Shown here: one piece after another, positions 46,374 to 58,385 of the stretch | Layout of the letters: every line of letters starts with the position of its first letter | How positions within the stretch are numbered: the stretch's first letter is position 1 | Sequence record: OQ067375.1 | DNA from: Escherichia phage a48 | Direction: 5' to 3' (one strand) | Length of the DNA: 64,000 nt | Position numbers and translations under genes: made by a program | The notes under the pieces: generated by a model | Databases searched by the model: none | The model's input: the letters and a program-made list of their open reading frames with translations, nothing else | Told to the model about the DNA's origin: nothing

Positions 46374-48084
46374 TAACCTCAACTGGTTTGTTGGTGTTGT
46401 TGAAGATAGAATGGACCCATTAAAATTAGGTCGTGTTCGTGTTCGTGTGGTTGGTTTGCATCCACCTCAAAGAGCACAAGGTGATGTAATGGGTATTCCA
46501 ACTGATAAATTACCATGGATGTCAGTTATTCAACCTATAACTTCTGCAGCAATGTCTGGAATTGGAGGTTCTGTTACTGGACCGGTAGAAGGAACTAGAG
46601 TTTATGGTCATTTTTTAGACAAATGGAAAACTAATGGAATTGTCCTTGGCACGTATGGTGGAATAGTTCGCGAAAAACCGAATAGACTTGAAGGATTTTC
46701 TGACCCAACTGGGCAATATCCTAGACGTTTAGGAAATGATACTAATGTATTAAACCAAGGCGGAGAAGTAGGATATGATTCGTCTTCTAACATTATCCAA
46801 GATAGTAACTTAGACACTGCAATAAATCCCGATGATAGACCACTATCAGAGATTCCAACCGATGATAATCCAAATATGTCAATGGCTGACATGCTTCGCC
46901 GTGATGAAGGATTAAGACTAAAAGTTTATTGGGATACTGAAGGATATCCGACAATTGGTATTGGTCATCTTATCATGAAGCAGCCAGTTCGTGATATGGC
47001 TCAAATTAATAAAGTTTTATCAAAACAAGTTGGTCGTGAAATTACTGGAAACCCAGGTTCTATTACGATGGAAGAGGCGACGACTTTATTTGAACGTGAT
47101 TTGGCTGATATGCAACGGGACATTAAATCACATTCTAAAGTAGGACCAGTCTGGCAAGCTGTCAACCGTTCTCGTCAAATGGCGTTAGAAAATATGGCAT
47201 TTCAAATGGGTGTTGGCGGTGTAGCTAAATTTAACACAATGTTAACTGCTATGTTAGCCGGAGATTGGGAAAAAGCATATAAAGCCGGTCGTGATTCATT
47301 GTGGTATCAACAAACAAAAGGCCGTGCATCCCGTGTTACCATGATTATTCTTACGGGGAATTTGGAATCATATGGTGTTGAAGTGAAAACCCCAGCTAGG
47401 TCTCTATCAGCAATGGCTGCTACTGTAGCTAAATCTTCTGACCCGGCTGACCCTCCTATTCCAAATGACTCGAGAATTTTATTCAAAGAACCAGTTTCTT
47501 CATATAAAGGTGAATATCCTTATGTGCATACAATGGAAACTGAAAGCGGACATATTCAGGAATTTGATGATACTCCTGGGCAAGAACGATACAGATTAGT
47601 TCATCCGACTGGAACTTATGAAGAAGTATCACCGTCAGGAAGAAGAACAAGAAAAACTGTCGATAATTTGTATGATATAACCAACGCTGATGGTAATTTT
47701 TTGGTAGCCGGTGATAAAAAGACTAACGTCGGTGGATCAGAAATTTATTACAACATGGATAATCGTCTTCACCAAATAGATGGAAGCAATACAATATTTG
47801 TACGTGGCGATGAAACTAAGACAGTTGAAGGCAATGGAACTATCCTAGTTAAAGGTAATGTTACTATTGTAGTTGAAGGTAATGCTGACATTACAGTTAA
47901 AGGAGATGCTACCACTTTAGTTGAAGGAAATCAAACTAACACAGTAAATGGAAATCTTTCTTGGAAAGTTGCTGGGACAGTTGATTGGGACGTTGGTGGT
48001 GATTGGACAGAAAAAATGGCATCTATGAGTTCTATTTCATCTGGTCAATACACAATTGATGGATCGAGGATTGACATTGGCTAA
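46357..48084 (+). CDS. 5: baseplate hub/spike protein with lysozyme domain gp5
   Basis: 575 aa; central lysozyme domain (EGLRLKVYWDTEGYPTIGIGHL...) and C-terminal VxGxxxxx beta-helix repeats. Confidence 0.95.
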   Translation: MEMISNNLNWFVGVVEDRMDPLKLGRVRVRVVGLHPPQRAQGDVMGIPTDKLPWMSVIQPITSAAMSGIGGSVTGPVEGTRVYGHFLDKWKTNGIVLGTYGGIVREKPNRLEGFSDPTGQYPRRLGNDTNVLNQGGEVGYDSSSNIIQDSNLDTAINPDDRPLSEIPTDDNPNMSMADMLRRDEGLRLKVYWDTEGYPTIGIGHLIMKQPVRDMAQINKVLSKQVGREITGNPGSITMEEATTLFERDLADMQRDIKSHSKVGPVWQAVNRSRQMALENMAFQMGVGGVAKFNTMLTAMLAGDWEKAYKAGRDSLWYQQTKGRASRVTMIILTGNLESYGVEVKTPARSLSAMAATVAKSSDPADPPIPNDSRILFKEPVSSYKGEYPYVHTMETESGHIQEFDDTPGQERYRLVHPTGTYEEVSPSGRRTRKTVDNLYDITNADGNFLVAGDKKTNVGGSEIYYNMDNRLHQIDGSNTIFVRGDETKTVEGNGTILVKGNVTIVVEGNADITVKGDATTLVEGNQTNTVNGNLSWKVAGTVDWDVGGDWTEKMASMSSISSGQYTIDGSRIDIG

Positions 48085-48118
48085 TATACTTCCAATGAGC
48101 GCTGATTTAGGAGAATCC

Positions 48119-48613
48119 ATGGAAGGTTCTTCTATCGACGTCACCTTTACCGCTCAATTAGAAACAGGTGAAACGTTAGTATCTATAAATATAACTAGTT
48201 ACGAAGAAACTCCTGGGGTTTTAGTAGAAGAAAATCGCTTATACGGAACATATGAATCTGTGTTTGGATTTGGAAATGACGCGTTGAAATATCGTTTAGG
48301 CGATGAATTTAAAACTGCTGCTTCATGGGAAGAACTTCCTACTGATTCTGATACTCAGTTGTATTTGTGGAAAGCTCCTCAGAACCTCCAGAAGACATTC
48401 ACTTACGAAGTAACATTAATATATGACTACCAAGAACAAAGTGAATCTGGAGGTTCTGGCAGTAATTCTAGGTCATCCTCTGATACTACTGAACCGACGG
48501 ATCCTCCTGCTCCAGTAAGAAAAACTCTAGTTAAAAATTACACAAAAACTATAGTTGGAAATTGGAGTCGTTGGGCTAATAAATTAAGAAGCTATGTGTA
48601 TGAGAGGTCATAG
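48119..48613 (+). CDS. hypothetical protein (5.1 position)
   Basis: 164 aa from the ATG at 48119-48121, which has a strong AGGAGA RBS. Confidence 0.5.
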
Positions 48614-48907
48614 ATGTCAGGATTAAGTTATGATAAGTGTGTTACTGCTGGCCATGAAGCATGGCCTCCAACAGTTGTGAATGCCACACAAAGTAAAGTA
48701 TTCACTGGAGGAATTGCTGTTCTCGTAGCAGGTGATCCAATTACAGAACATACAGAAATTAAAAAGCCATATGAAACACATGGCGGAGTGACACAACCCA
48801 GAACTTCTAAGGTATATGTCACTGGAAAGAAAGCTGTTCAAATGGCTGATCCAATATCATGCGGTGATACTGTGGCTCAGGCATCATCTAAAGTATTCAT
48901 TAAATAG
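48614..48907 (+). CDS. 5.4: gp5.4 PAAR-like spike tip protein
   Basis: 97 aa; size and position after gene 5 match T4 gp5.4. Confidence 0.8.
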
Positions 48908-48915
48908 GATTTAAA

Positions 48916-50898
48916 ATGGCAAATACCCCTGTAAATTATCAATTAACAAGAACAGCAAATGCTATTCCCGAGATATTCGTCGGGGGTACGTTTGCTGAAA
49001 TAAAACAAAACCTCATTGAATGGCTTAATGGCCAAAATGAATTTTTGGATTATGATTTTGAAGGCTCAAGATTAAACGTTCTGTGTGACCTTTTGGCTTA
49101 TAATACATTGTACATTCAGCAGTTTGGTAATGCTGCTGTGTATGAAAGCTTTATGCGTACTGCTAACTTACGAAGTTCAGTTGTTCAAGCTGCACAAGAT
49201 AACGGATATTTACCTACTTCAAAATCCGCTGCGCAGACCGAAATTATGTTAACATGCACCGACGCATTGAATAGGAATTACATTACTATTCCTCGCGGAA
49301 CTCGCTTTTTAGCATATGCAAAAGATACTTCTGTTAATCCATATAACTTCGTTTCTACCGAAGACGTTATTGCTATTCGTGATAAAAATAACCAATATTT
49401 TCCGCGTTTAAAATTGGCCCAGGGACGTATAGTAAGAACTGAAATCATTTATGATAAATTAACACCTATTATCATTTATGATAAAAATATTGATAGAAAC
49501 CAGGTTAAATTATATGTTGATGGAGCGGAATGGATTAACTGGACGAGAAAGTCAATGGTTCATGCTGGTTCAACATCAACGATTTACTATATGCGTGAAA
49601 CTATTGATGGAAACACTGAATTCTATTTTGGTGAAGGTGAAATTTCTGTTAATGCTTCTGAAGGAGCTTTAACTGCCAATTATATCGGAGGTCTTAAACC
49701 TACTCAGAACTCTACGATTGTTATTGAGTACATCAGTACTAATGGTGCTGACGCGAACGGAGCAGTCGGATTTTCATACGCAGATACATTAACAAATATA
49801 ACTGTCATCAATATTAATGAAAATCCAAACGATGACCCAGATTTTGTTGGGGCAGATGGCGGCGGTGATCCAGAAGATATTGAGCGTATCCGCGAATTGG
49901 GTACTATTAAACGCGAAACCCAGCAACGCTGCGTAACTGCGACTGACTATGATACATTCGTTTCAGAGAGATTTGGTTCTATTATTCAAGCAGTTCAGAC
50001 TTTCACTGATTCTACTAAACCTGGTTATGCATTTATTGCTGCTAAACCTAAATCAGGTCTGTATTTAACTACTGTACAGCGTGAAGATATTAAAAATTAT
50101 CTCAAAGACTATAATTTAGCTCCTATTACGCCATCAATTATTTCTCCTAATTACCTTTTTATTAAGACTAATTTAAAAGTCACATATGCTTTAAATAAGC
50201 TGCAAGAATCCGAACAGTGGCTCGAAGGTCAAATAATTGATAAAATTGATCGTTATTATACCGAAGATGTAGAAATTTTTAACTCATCTTTCGCTAAATC
50301 TAAGATGTTGACATATGTAGATGATGCAGATCATTCTATCATTGGCTCATCCGCGACAATTCAAATTGTTCGTGAAGTACAAAACTTCTATAAAACGCCT
50401 GAAGCAGGTATTAAATACAATAATCAAATAAAAGACCGTTCTATGGAATCTAATACGTTTTCATTTAATTCTGGACGAAAGGTTGTAAATCCTGATACTG
50501 GTTTAGAAGAAGATGTATTATATGACGTTCGCATAGTATCAACAGACCGAAATTCTAAAGGAATTGGTAAAGTTATTATTGGTCCATTTGCTTCTGGCGA
50601 TGTTACAGAAAATAAAAACATTCGTCCATATACAGGAAACGATTTTAACAAATTAGCAAATTCTGATGGACGCGACAAATACTATGTTATCGGTGAAATA
50701 AATTATCCAGCTGATGTGATTTATTGGAATATCGCTAAAATTAATTTAACATCTGAAAAATTTGAAGTTCAGACCATTGAATTATATTCTGACCCAACCG
50801 ATGATGTTATCTTTACTCGCGATGGTTCACTGATTGTATTTGAAAATGACTTACGTCCACAATACTTAACTATCGATTTGGAGCCTATATCACAATGA
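48916..50898 (+). CDS. 6: baseplate wedge protein gp6
   Basis: 660 aa; size and order match T4. Confidence 0.9.
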   Translation: MANTPVNYQLTRTANAIPEIFVGGTFAEIKQNLIEWLNGQNEFLDYDFEGSRLNVLCDLLAYNTLYIQQFGNAAVYESFMRTANLRSSVVQAAQDNGYLPTSKSAAQTEIMLTCTDALNRNYITIPRGTRFLAYAKDTSVNPYNFVSTEDVIAIRDKNNQYFPRLKLAQGRIVRTEIIYDKLTPIIIYDKNIDRNQVKLYVDGAEWINWTRKSMVHAGSTSTIYYMRETIDGNTEFYFGEGEISVNASEGALTANYIGGLKPTQNSTIVIEYISTNGADANGAVGFSYADTLTNITVININENPNDDPDFVGADGGGDPEDIERIRELGTIKRETQQRCVTATDYDTFVSERFGSIIQAVQTFTDSTKPGYAFIAAKPKSGLYLTTVQREDIKNYLKDYNLAPITPSIISPNYLFIKTNLKVTYALNKLQESEQWLEGQIIDKIDRYYTEDVEIFNSSFAKSKMLTYVDDADHSIIGSSATIQIVREVQNFYKTPEAGIKYNNQIKDRSMESNTFSFNSGRKVVNPDTGLEEDVLYDVRIVSTDRNSKGIGKVIIGPFASGDVTENKNIRPYTGNDFNKLANSDGRDKYYVIGEINYPADVIYWNIAKINLTSEKFEVQTIELYSDPTDDVIFTRDGSLIVFENDLRPQYLTIDLEPISQ

Positions 50899-53800
50899 CA
50901 GTAAAAGCACCTTCAGTCACTAGTCTCAGAATTTCCAAGTTATCCGCAAATCAGGTGCAAGTACGCTGGGATGACGTTGGTGCTAATTTCTACTATTTTG
51001 TAGAAATCGCTGAGACAAAGACAGACTCGGGGGAAAATCTCCCGAGTAATCAATATAGATGGATTAACTTAGGATATACTGCAAATAACAGCTTCTTTTT
51101 TGACGATGCTGACCCATTGACATCATACATTATTAGAGTAGCTACAGCTGCACAAGATTTTGAGCAGTCTGATTGGATTTATACCGAAGAGTTTGAAACT
51201 TTTGCTACGAATGCTTACACATTTCAAAACATGATTGAAATGCAATTAGCCAATAAATTCATTCAGGAAAAATTTACTCTTAACAATTCTAATTATGTCA
51301 ATTTTAATAATGACACTATAATGGCTGCATTGATGAATGAATCGTTCCAATTCAGCCCATCATATGTTGATGTTTCATCAATCAGTAATTTTATTATTGG
51401 TGAAAATGAGTATCATGAAATACAAGGTTCCATTCAGCAAGTATGTAAGGATATTAACCGAGTTTATTTGATGGAATCAGAAGGGATTCTATATCTTTTT
51501 GAGCGTTATCAACCCGTGGTTAAAGTATCTAATGATAAAGGACAAACCTGGAAAGCTGTAAAGCTCTTCAATGACCGTGTAGGATATCCTTTATCTAAGA
51601 CAGTATATTACCAATCTGCGAACACAACATACGTTCTAGGATACGACAAGATTTTCTATGGCCGTAAATCGACTGACGTTAGATGGTCAGCAGATGATGT
51701 CAGATTCAGTTCGCAGGATATAACATTTGCTAAACTTGGCGACCAGTTACATTTAGGATTTGATGTAGAAATCTTTGGTACTTATGCGACTTTACCAGCG
51801 AATGTATATCGTATAGCTGAAGCCATTACTTGTACGGATGATTATATCTATGTTGTTGCCAGAGATAAAGTTAGATATATAAAAACGAGTAATGCACCTA
51901 TAGATTCTGACCCGTTATCACCAACATACTCGGAAAGACTTTTTGAACCTGATACAATGACTATAACTGGAAATCCTAAAGCAGTATGCTATAAAATGGA
52001 TTCTATCGGTGATAAAGTTTTTGCTCTTATTATTGGTGAAGTTGAAACATTAAATGCCAATCCGAGAACTTCAAAAATAATTGATTCTGCTGATAAAGGA
52101 ATATATGTTTTAAATCATGACGAAAAAACATGGAAAAGAGTTTTCGGTAATACCGAAGAAGAAAGAAGACGTATTCAACCTGGATACGCAAACATGTCAA
52201 CTGACGGTAAATTAGTTTCTCTGTCTTCGAGTAATTTTAAATTTTTAAGTGATAATGTTGTTAATGACCCTGAAACTATGGTGAAATATCAGTTAATCGG
52301 TGCTGTTAAATATGAATTTCCCCGTGAATGGTTAGCTGATAAGCATTATCATATGATGGCATTTATAGCGGATGAAAAATCTGATTGGGAGACTTTTACT
52401 CCTCAACCAATGAAATACTACGCAGAACCGTTCTTTAATTGGTCTAAAAAATCTAACACACGCTGTTGGATAAACAACTCTAATAGAGCTGTAGTAGTTT
52501 ATGCTGATTTAAAATACACTAAAGTTATAGAAAATATTCCGGAAACATCACCAGATAGATTAGTTCATGAATACTGGGATGATGGTGATTGTACGATAGT
52601 AATGCCAAATGTTAAATTCACGGGATTTAAAAAATATGCGTCTGGGATGCTTTTTTATAAATCTTCTGGTGAAATAATTTCTTACTATGATTTTAACTAT
52701 CGTGTGAGAGATACAGTAGAAATTATTTGGAAGCCGACTGGAGTATTTTTAAAAGCATTTTTACAAAACCAAGAGCATGAGACTCCTTGGTCACCAGAAG
52801 AAGAGCATGGATTAGCTGATCCTGATTTAAGACCATTAATTGGCACAATGATGCCTGATTCTTATTTGTTGCAGGATTCGAATTTTGAGGCATTTTGCGA
52901 AGCATATATTCAGTATCTTTCTGATGGATATGGAACTCAGTATAACAATTTACGAAATTTAATTCGTAACCAATATCCACGAGAAGAGCATGCGTGGGAA
53001 TATTTGTGGTCAGAGATATATAAAAGAAACATTTATTTAAATGCTGATAAACGTGATGCTGTTGCGAGATTCTTTGAATCACGTAGCTATGATTTTTATT
53101 CTACTAAAGGAATTGAAGCATCATACAAGTTTCTTTTTAAAGTTCTTTATAATGAAGAAGTTGAAATTGAAATTGAATCTGGGGCCGGTACTGAATATGA
53201 CATAATCGTTCAATCTGATTCTTTGACTGAAGATTTAGTAGGACAAACGATTTATACGGCAACAGGAAGATGTAATGTTACTTATATAGAAAGAAGTTAT
53301 TCTAATGGTAAATTGCAATGGACCGTAACTATTCATAATCTTTTGGGAAGATTAATTGCTGGTCAAGAAGTTAAAGCAGAAAGACTCCCTAGTTTTGAAG
53401 GCGAAATTATTCGTGGAGTTAAAGGAAAGGATTTGCTTCAAAACAATATAGACTATATTAATAGAAGTAGATCATACTATGTAATGAAAATTAAATCCAA
53501 TTTACCTTCTTCCCGCTGGAAATCTGACGTTATTCGTTTTGTTCATCCAGTAGGATTTGGATTTATAGCAATTACCCTTTTAACGATGTTTATTAATGTT
53601 GGTTTAACTCTTAAACATACAGAGACTATAATTAATAAATACAAAAACTATAAATGGGATTCTGGATTGCCTACTGAATATGCTGATAGAGTAGCTAAAT
53701 TAACTCCAACCGGTGAAATTGAGCATGATTCAGTAACAGGCGAAGCAATTTATGAGCCTGGCCCAATGGCTGGTGTAGAATATCCTCTTCCTGATGACTA

Positions 53801-53993
53801 TAATGCTGAAAATAATAATTCAATATTTCAAGGTCAATTGCCGTCTGAACGACGTAAATTAATGAGTCCCCTATTTGATGCTTCTGGAACAACATTTGCG
53901 CAATTTAGGGATTTAGTTAATAAACGTCTAAAAGATAATATAGGAAATCCAAGAGACCCTGAAAATCCAACACAGGTTAAAATAGATGAATGA
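50895..53993 (+). CDS. 7: baseplate wedge protein gp7
   Basis: 1032 aa; size and order match T4. Confidence 0.9.
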   Translation: MTVKAPSVTSLRISKLSANQVQVRWDDVGANFYYFVEIAETKTDSGENLPSNQYRWINLGYTANNSFFFDDADPLTSYIIRVATAAQDFEQSDWIYTEEFETFATNAYTFQNMIEMQLANKFIQEKFTLNNSNYVNFNNDTIMAALMNESFQFSPSYVDVSSISNFIIGENEYHEIQGSIQQVCKDINRVYLMESEGILYLFERYQPVVKVSNDKGQTWKAVKLFNDRVGYPLSKTVYYQSANTTYVLGYDKIFYGRKSTDVRWSADDVRFSSQDITFAKLGDQLHLGFDVEIFGTYATLPANVYRIAEAITCTDDYIYVVARDKVRYIKTSNAPIDSDPLSPTYSERLFEPDTMTITGNPKAVCYKMDSIGDKVFALIIGEVETLNANPRTSKIIDSADKGIYVLNHDEKTWKRVFGNTEEERRRIQPGYANMSTDGKLVSLSSSNFKFLSDNVVNDPETMVKYQLIGAVKYEFPREWLADKHYHMMAFIADEKSDWETFTPQPMKYYAEPFFNWSKKSNTRCWINNSNRAVVVYADLKYTKVIENIPETSPDRLVHEYWDDGDCTIVMPNVKFTGFKKYASGMLFYKSSGEIISYYDFNYRVRDTVEIIWKPTGVFLKAFLQNQEHETPWSPEEEHGLADPDLRPLIGTMMPDSYLLQDSNFEAFCEAYIQYLSDGYGTQYNNLRNLIRNQYPREEHAWEYLWSEIYKRNIYLNADKRDAVARFFESRSYDFYSTKGIEASYKFLFKVLYNEEVEIEIESGAGTEYDIIVQSDSLTEDLVGQTIYTATGRCNVTYIERSYSNGKLQWTVTIHNLLGRLIAGQEVKAERLPSFEGEIIRGVKGKDLLQNNIDYINRSRSYYVMKIKSNLPSSRWKSDVIRFVHPVGFGFIAITLLTMFINVGLTLKHTETIINKYKNYKWDSGLPTEYADRVAKLTPTGEIEHDSVTGEAIYEPGPMAGVEYPLPDDYNAENNNSIFQGQLPSERRKLMSPLFDASGTTFAQFRDLVNKRLKDNIGNPRDPENPTQVKIDE

Positions 53994-54990
53994 TTCAAGT
54001 GTTATCTATCGTGCGATAGTTACTTCAAAATTTAGAACAGAAAAAATGTTGAATTTTTATAATTCAATTGGAAGTGGTCCGGATAAAAACACTATCTTTA
54101 TTACATTTGGAAGATCAGAACCATGGTCATCAAACGAAAATGAGGTGGGATTTGCCCCACCTTATCCCACCGATTCTGTGTTAGGTGTAACTGACATGTG
54201 GACGCATATGATGGGAACAGTAAAGGTTCTTCCATCAATGCTTGATGCAGTTATTCCTCGTCGAGATTGGGGAGATACTAGATATCCGGATCCGTATACA
54301 TTTAGAATTAACGATATTGTAGTGTGTAACTCAGCTCCTTACAACGCTACTGAATCAGGCGCAGGCTGGTTAGTATATCGTTGTTTAGATGTTCCTGATA
54401 CTGGAATGTGTTCAATCGCATCTTTAACTGATAAGGATGAATGCCTTAAATTAGGCGGAAAATGGACACCTTCTGTTAGGTCAATGACTCCTCCTGAAGG
54501 TCGAGGAGATGCTGAAGGAACAATTGAACCTGGGGACGGGTATGTATGGGAATATCTTTTTGAGATTCCACCCGATGTATCTATAAATAGATGCACGAAT
54601 GAATATATTGTGGTTCCTTGGCCTGAGGAATTAAAAGAAGACCCGGCTAGATGGGGATATGAAGATAATCTCACTTGGCAGCAAGATGATTTTGGATTAA
54701 TTTACCGGGTTAAGGCAAATACTATCCGTTTTAAAGCATATTTAGATTCAGTTTATTTTCCTGATGCTGCATTGCCAGGAAATAAAGGATTTAGACAAAT
54801 ATCAATAATCACGAATCCTCTTGAAGCTAAAGCTCATCCAAATGACCCAAACGTTAAAGCTGAAAAGGATTATTATGACCCAGAAGATTTAATGAGGCAT
54901 TCGGGCGAAATGATTTATATGGAAAATAGGCCACCTATTATTATGGCAATGGATCAAACAGAAGAAATCAATATTCTGTTTACATTTTAA
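53986..54990 (+). CDS. 8: baseplate wedge protein gp8
   Basis: 334 aa; followed by a strong intrinsic terminator. Confidence 0.9.
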   Translation: MNDSSVIYRAIVTSKFRTEKMLNFYNSIGSGPDKNTIFITFGRSEPWSSNENEVGFAPPYPTDSVLGVTDMWTHMMGTVKVLPSMLDAVIPRRDWGDTRYPDPYTFRINDIVVCNSAPYNATESGAGWLVYRCLDVPDTGMCSIASLTDKDECLKLGGKWTPSVRSMTPPEGRGDAEGTIEPGDGYVWEYLFEIPPDVSINRCTNEYIVVPWPEELKEDPARWGYEDNLTWQQDDFGLIYRVKANTIRFKAYLDSVYFPDAALPGNKGFRQISIITNPLEAKAHPNDPNVKAEKDYYDPEDLMRHSGEMIYMENRPPIIMAMDQTEEINILFTF

Positions 54991-54995
54991 ATTAA

Positions 54996-55019
54996 GGGAG
55001 CCCATGGGCTCCCTTTTTT
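54996..55019 (+). terminator. intrinsic terminator after gene 8
   Basis: GGGAGCC-CATG-GGCTCCC stem-loop followed by TTTTTT. Confidence 0.75.
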
Positions 55020-55022
55020 CTT

Positions 55023-55030
55023 TATAAATA
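55023..55030 (+). promoter_or_regulatory. late promoter TATAAATA (gene 9)
   Basis: Exact TATAAATA 25 bp upstream of the gene 9 ATG, just after the gene 8 terminator. Confidence 0.65.
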
Positions 55031-55054
55031 TTATAAACTCATAAGGAAACCGCT

Positions 55055-55921
55055 ATGTTCATTCAAGAACCAAAGAAATTGATTGATACCGGCGAAATTG
55101 GTAACGCTTCTACTGGTGATATCTTATTCGACGGTGGTAATAAAATTAATAGTGATTTTAACGCAATTTATAATGCGTTTGGCGATCAGCGTAAAATGGC
55201 AGTAGCAAATGGCACTGGAGCAGATGGTCAAATTATCCATGCTACTGGGTATTATCAAAAACACTCTATTACAGAGTACGCAACTCCAGTGAAAGTTGGC
55301 ACTAGACATGATATTGATACCTCTACTGTAGGTGTTAAAGTTATTATTGAAAGAGGCGAACTCGGCGATTGTGTTGAATTCATTAACTCTAATGGATCAA
55401 TATCAGTTACTAATCCTTTAACAATTCAAGCTATTGATTCAATTAAAGGTGTTTCAGGTAATTTAGTAGTAACTAGCCCATATAGTAAAGTAACTTTACG
55501 CTGTATTTCATCTGATAATTCTACATCGGTTTGGAATTATTCTATTGAAAGTATGTTTGGACAAAAGGAATCACCAGCTGAAGGTACATGGAATATTTCT
55601 ACATCCGGATCAGTTGATATTCCACTATTTCATCGCACTGAATACAATATGGCTAAATTGCTAGTTACGTGCCAATCAGTAGATGGAAGAAAAATTAAAA
55701 CAGCAGAAATAAATATTCTTGTGGATACTGTTAATTCAGAAGTTATTTCTTCTGAGTATGCTGTCATGAGAGTTGGAAATGAAACAGAAGAAGACGAGAT
55801 TGCTAATATTGCATTTAGTATTAAAACCAACTATGTAACGGCGACTATAAGTTCTTCTACCGTTGGCATGAGAGCAGCAGTTAAAGTTATCGCTACGCAG
55901 AAAATCGGGGTGGCTCAATAA
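55055..55921 (+). CDS. 9: baseplate protein gp9 (long tail fibre attachment)
   Basis: 288 aa; TATAAATA late promoter upstream. Confidence 0.9.
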   Translation: MFIQEPKKLIDTGEIGNASTGDILFDGGNKINSDFNAIYNAFGDQRKMAVANGTGADGQIIHATGYYQKHSITEYATPVKVGTRHDIDTSTVGVKVIIERGELGDCVEFINSNGSISVTNPLTIQAIDSIKGVSGNLVVTSPYSKVTLRCISSDNSTSVWNYSIESMFGQKESPAEGTWNISTSGSVDIPLFHRTEYNMAKLLVTCQSVDGRKIKTAEINILVDTVNSEVISSEYAVMRVGNETEEDEIANIAFSIKTNYVTATISSSTVGMRAAVKVIATQKIGVAQ

Positions 55922-57726
55922 TGAAACAAAATATTAATATCGGTAATGTTGTTGATGATGGTACCGGTGACTACCTGCGTAAAGGTGGTATAAAAATAAA
56001 TGAAAACTTTGATGAACTTTATTATGAACTTGGCGATGGAGATGTTCCATATTCAGCCGGTGCCTGGAAAACTTATAATGCTTCATCTGGTCAAACATTA
56101 AAAGCTAAGTGGGGAAAATCATACGCTATTAATACCTCTTCTGGAAGAGTAACTTTACAACTTCCTAAAGGAACTGTTAATGATTATAATAAAGTAATTA
56201 GAGCTAGGGATGTATTTGCAACATGGAACATTAATCCAGTTACTTTAGTAGCTGCTTCTGGAGATACAATTAAAGGGTCGTCATCATCGGTTGAAATTAA
56301 TACTCAATTTAGTGATTTAGAGCTCGTTTATTGCGCTCCAGGACGTTGGGAGTATGTCAAAAACAAACAAATTGACAAAATTATTAGTTCAGATATTAGT
56401 AATGTAGCACGTAAAGAATTTTTAGTCGAAGTTCAAGGACAAACGGACTTTTTAGATGTTTTCCGCGGAACTAGCTATAATGTTAATAACATCCGAGTAA
56501 AACACCGTGGTAATGAATTATATTACGGCGATGTATTTAGTGAAAACAGTGACTTTGGCTCTCCTGGGGAAAATGAAGGAGAATTGATTCCTCTTGATGG
56601 ATTTAATATTAGGTTAAGACAGCCTTGTAATATTGGTGACACTGTTCAAATTGAAACATTTATGGATGGTATATCACAATGGAGAAGTTCATATACAAGA
56701 CGCCAAATAAAAGTATTAGATTCAAAATTAACGTCAAAAACTTCTTTAGAAGGAAGTATTTACGTTACTGATTTATCAACAATGAAATCAATTCCATTCT
56801 CTGCATTTGGATTAATTCCTGGAGAACCTATTAATCCTAATTCTCTTGAAGTTCGTTTTAATGGAATTTTACAACAACAAGCTGGAACAGCAGGATATCC
56901 TCTGTTTTTGTGTGAAGGTGCTAACTCAGATACGCAAGCAGGATGTATATCTCTTGGTGGTGAATGGAAAGAATCGAACACAGATTATTCTATAGAATAT
57001 GAAGATGGAAAACCTGTCAGTCTTTTATTTGATAGAAAATTTGAATCAGGTGATATAATCGTTATAACATGGTTTAATAATGATTTAGGAACTCTTTTAG
57101 AAAAAGATGACATTATTGAATTAACTGATGACCGTTATGTTAGTAAAGGATCATCTACTGAAGTTACTGGGGATGTAGCCTTAACAGATTTTGATAAAAT
57201 CGGTTGGCCAAATGTTGAAAAAGTTGATTCTTATACTAGAACGTATAATTCAATATCATCTATTTTCGACAGCATTTATCCTGTTGGTTCAATTTATGAA
57301 AATGCTATAAACCCAAATAATCCGGTGACTTATATGGGATTTGGTTCATGGAAATTATTTGGTAAAGGACAAGTTTTAGTAGGATGGAATGATGATGTTA
57401 CGGATCCAAACTTTGCTTTAAACAATAATGATTTAGATTCTAGCGGAAATCCTTCACATACTGCCGGTGGAACAGTTGGTACAACATCAGTAACGCTTGA
57501 AAACGCAAATCTTCCTGCGACTAAAACTGATGAAAGAGTTTTAATTGAAGACGAAAATGGATCAGTTATTATTGGAGGATGTCAATATGACCCAGACGAA
57601 ACTGGTCCTATATATACAAAATATCGTGAAGACTACGCAACAACAAACTCTTCACATACTCCTCCTACTAATATTAATAATATTCAACCGTCTATTACTG
57701 TATACCGTTGGATAAGGATTGCATAA
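55921..57726 (+). CDS. 10: baseplate wedge protein gp10
   Basis: 601 aa; order matches T4. Confidence 0.9.
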   Translation: MKQNINIGNVVDDGTGDYLRKGGIKINENFDELYYELGDGDVPYSAGAWKTYNASSGQTLKAKWGKSYAINTSSGRVTLQLPKGTVNDYNKVIRARDVFATWNINPVTLVAASGDTIKGSSSSVEINTQFSDLELVYCAPGRWEYVKNKQIDKIISSDISNVARKEFLVEVQGQTDFLDVFRGTSYNVNNIRVKHRGNELYYGDVFSENSDFGSPGENEGELIPLDGFNIRLRQPCNIGDTVQIETFMDGISQWRSSYTRRQIKVLDSKLTSKTSLEGSIYVTDLSTMKSIPFSAFGLIPGEPINPNSLEVRFNGILQQQAGTAGYPLFLCEGANSDTQAGCISLGGEWKESNTDYSIEYEDGKPVSLLFDRKFESGDIIVITWFNNDLGTLLEKDDIIELTDDRYVSKGSSTEVTGDVALTDFDKIGWPNVEKVDSYTRTYNSISSIFDSIYPVGSIYENAINPNNPVTYMGFGSWKLFGKGQVLVGWNDDVTDPNFALNNNDLDSSGNPSHTAGGTVGTTSVTLENANLPATKTDERVLIEDENGSVIIGGCQYDPDETGPIYTKYREDYATTNSSHTPPTNINNIQPSITVYRWIRIA

Positions 57727-58385
57727 TGAGTTTACTTAATAATAAAGCGGGAGTTATTTCCCGCTTAGCAGATTTTCTTGGTTTTAGAACTAAGAAAAAT
57801 GATATTTCGGTTATGAATAATCAGCCAGTAGGCGCTGTAACAATTTCACAAATAGCAAAAGGTTTTTATGACCCAAATGTAGAATCTGCTATCAATGATG
57901 TTAGAAATATGGCAGAGCAACAGGTTGGAGCTGTATTAGTTAATATAAGCGGCGTATCTCCTACTGGCGTGCAACAAACAGACTATTGGTCATTTGAAGG
58001 AACCGTTACTGATACTTCAGCCAAACCAGGTGATCCAGTTATTGTTAACATGTTTGGTATTCCAGTTAAAGCTACTAATGGAATGACTTCAATTGAATTT
58101 ACTAGTGCTGTTAGAACAGCTCTACAGGAAATGGTTGTAAAATTTATTGCAATTGATTCATTTGAAGACCATCCTACTATAGGGAATAAAATACAAGTTA
58201 AGTATTTAGATAACCAAGAACATATCTTAGAGCAATACTCTGATAAAGGAATTACTTTCAAACAAGAAATAATTTCTCCTTCTAAACCCGGGTATGGAAC
58301 TTGGCAATTATTAGGTGCGCAAACTGTTACGCTAGATAGTCACACACAACCTACAGTATTTTATTATTTTGAGAGAATAGCATGA
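57726..58385 (+). CDS. 11: baseplate wedge protein gp11
   Basis: 219 aa from the ATG at 57726 (TAATG overlap with the gene 10 stop). Confidence 0.88.
   Translation: MSLLNNKAGVISRLADFLGFRTKKNDISVMNNQPVGAVTISQIAKGFYDPNVESAINDVRNMAEQQVGAVLVNISGVSPTGVQQTDYWSFEGTVTDTSAKPGDPVIVNMFGIPVKATNGMTSIEFTSAVRTALQEMVVKFIAIDSFEDHPTIGNKIQVKYLDNQEHILEQYSDKGITFKQEIISPSKPGYGTWQLLGAQTVTLDSHTQPTVFYYFERIA

Noticed and set aside
48623-48841. Two minus-strand ORFs antisense to gene 5.4
   Set aside because: Overlapping shadow frames inside a conserved late gene, with no independent support.
52723-56981. Minus-strand ORFs of 60-119 aa inside genes 7, 8, 9 and 10
   Set aside because: Antisense to long well-supported late structural genes, with no promoters on that strand; regarded as chance frames.
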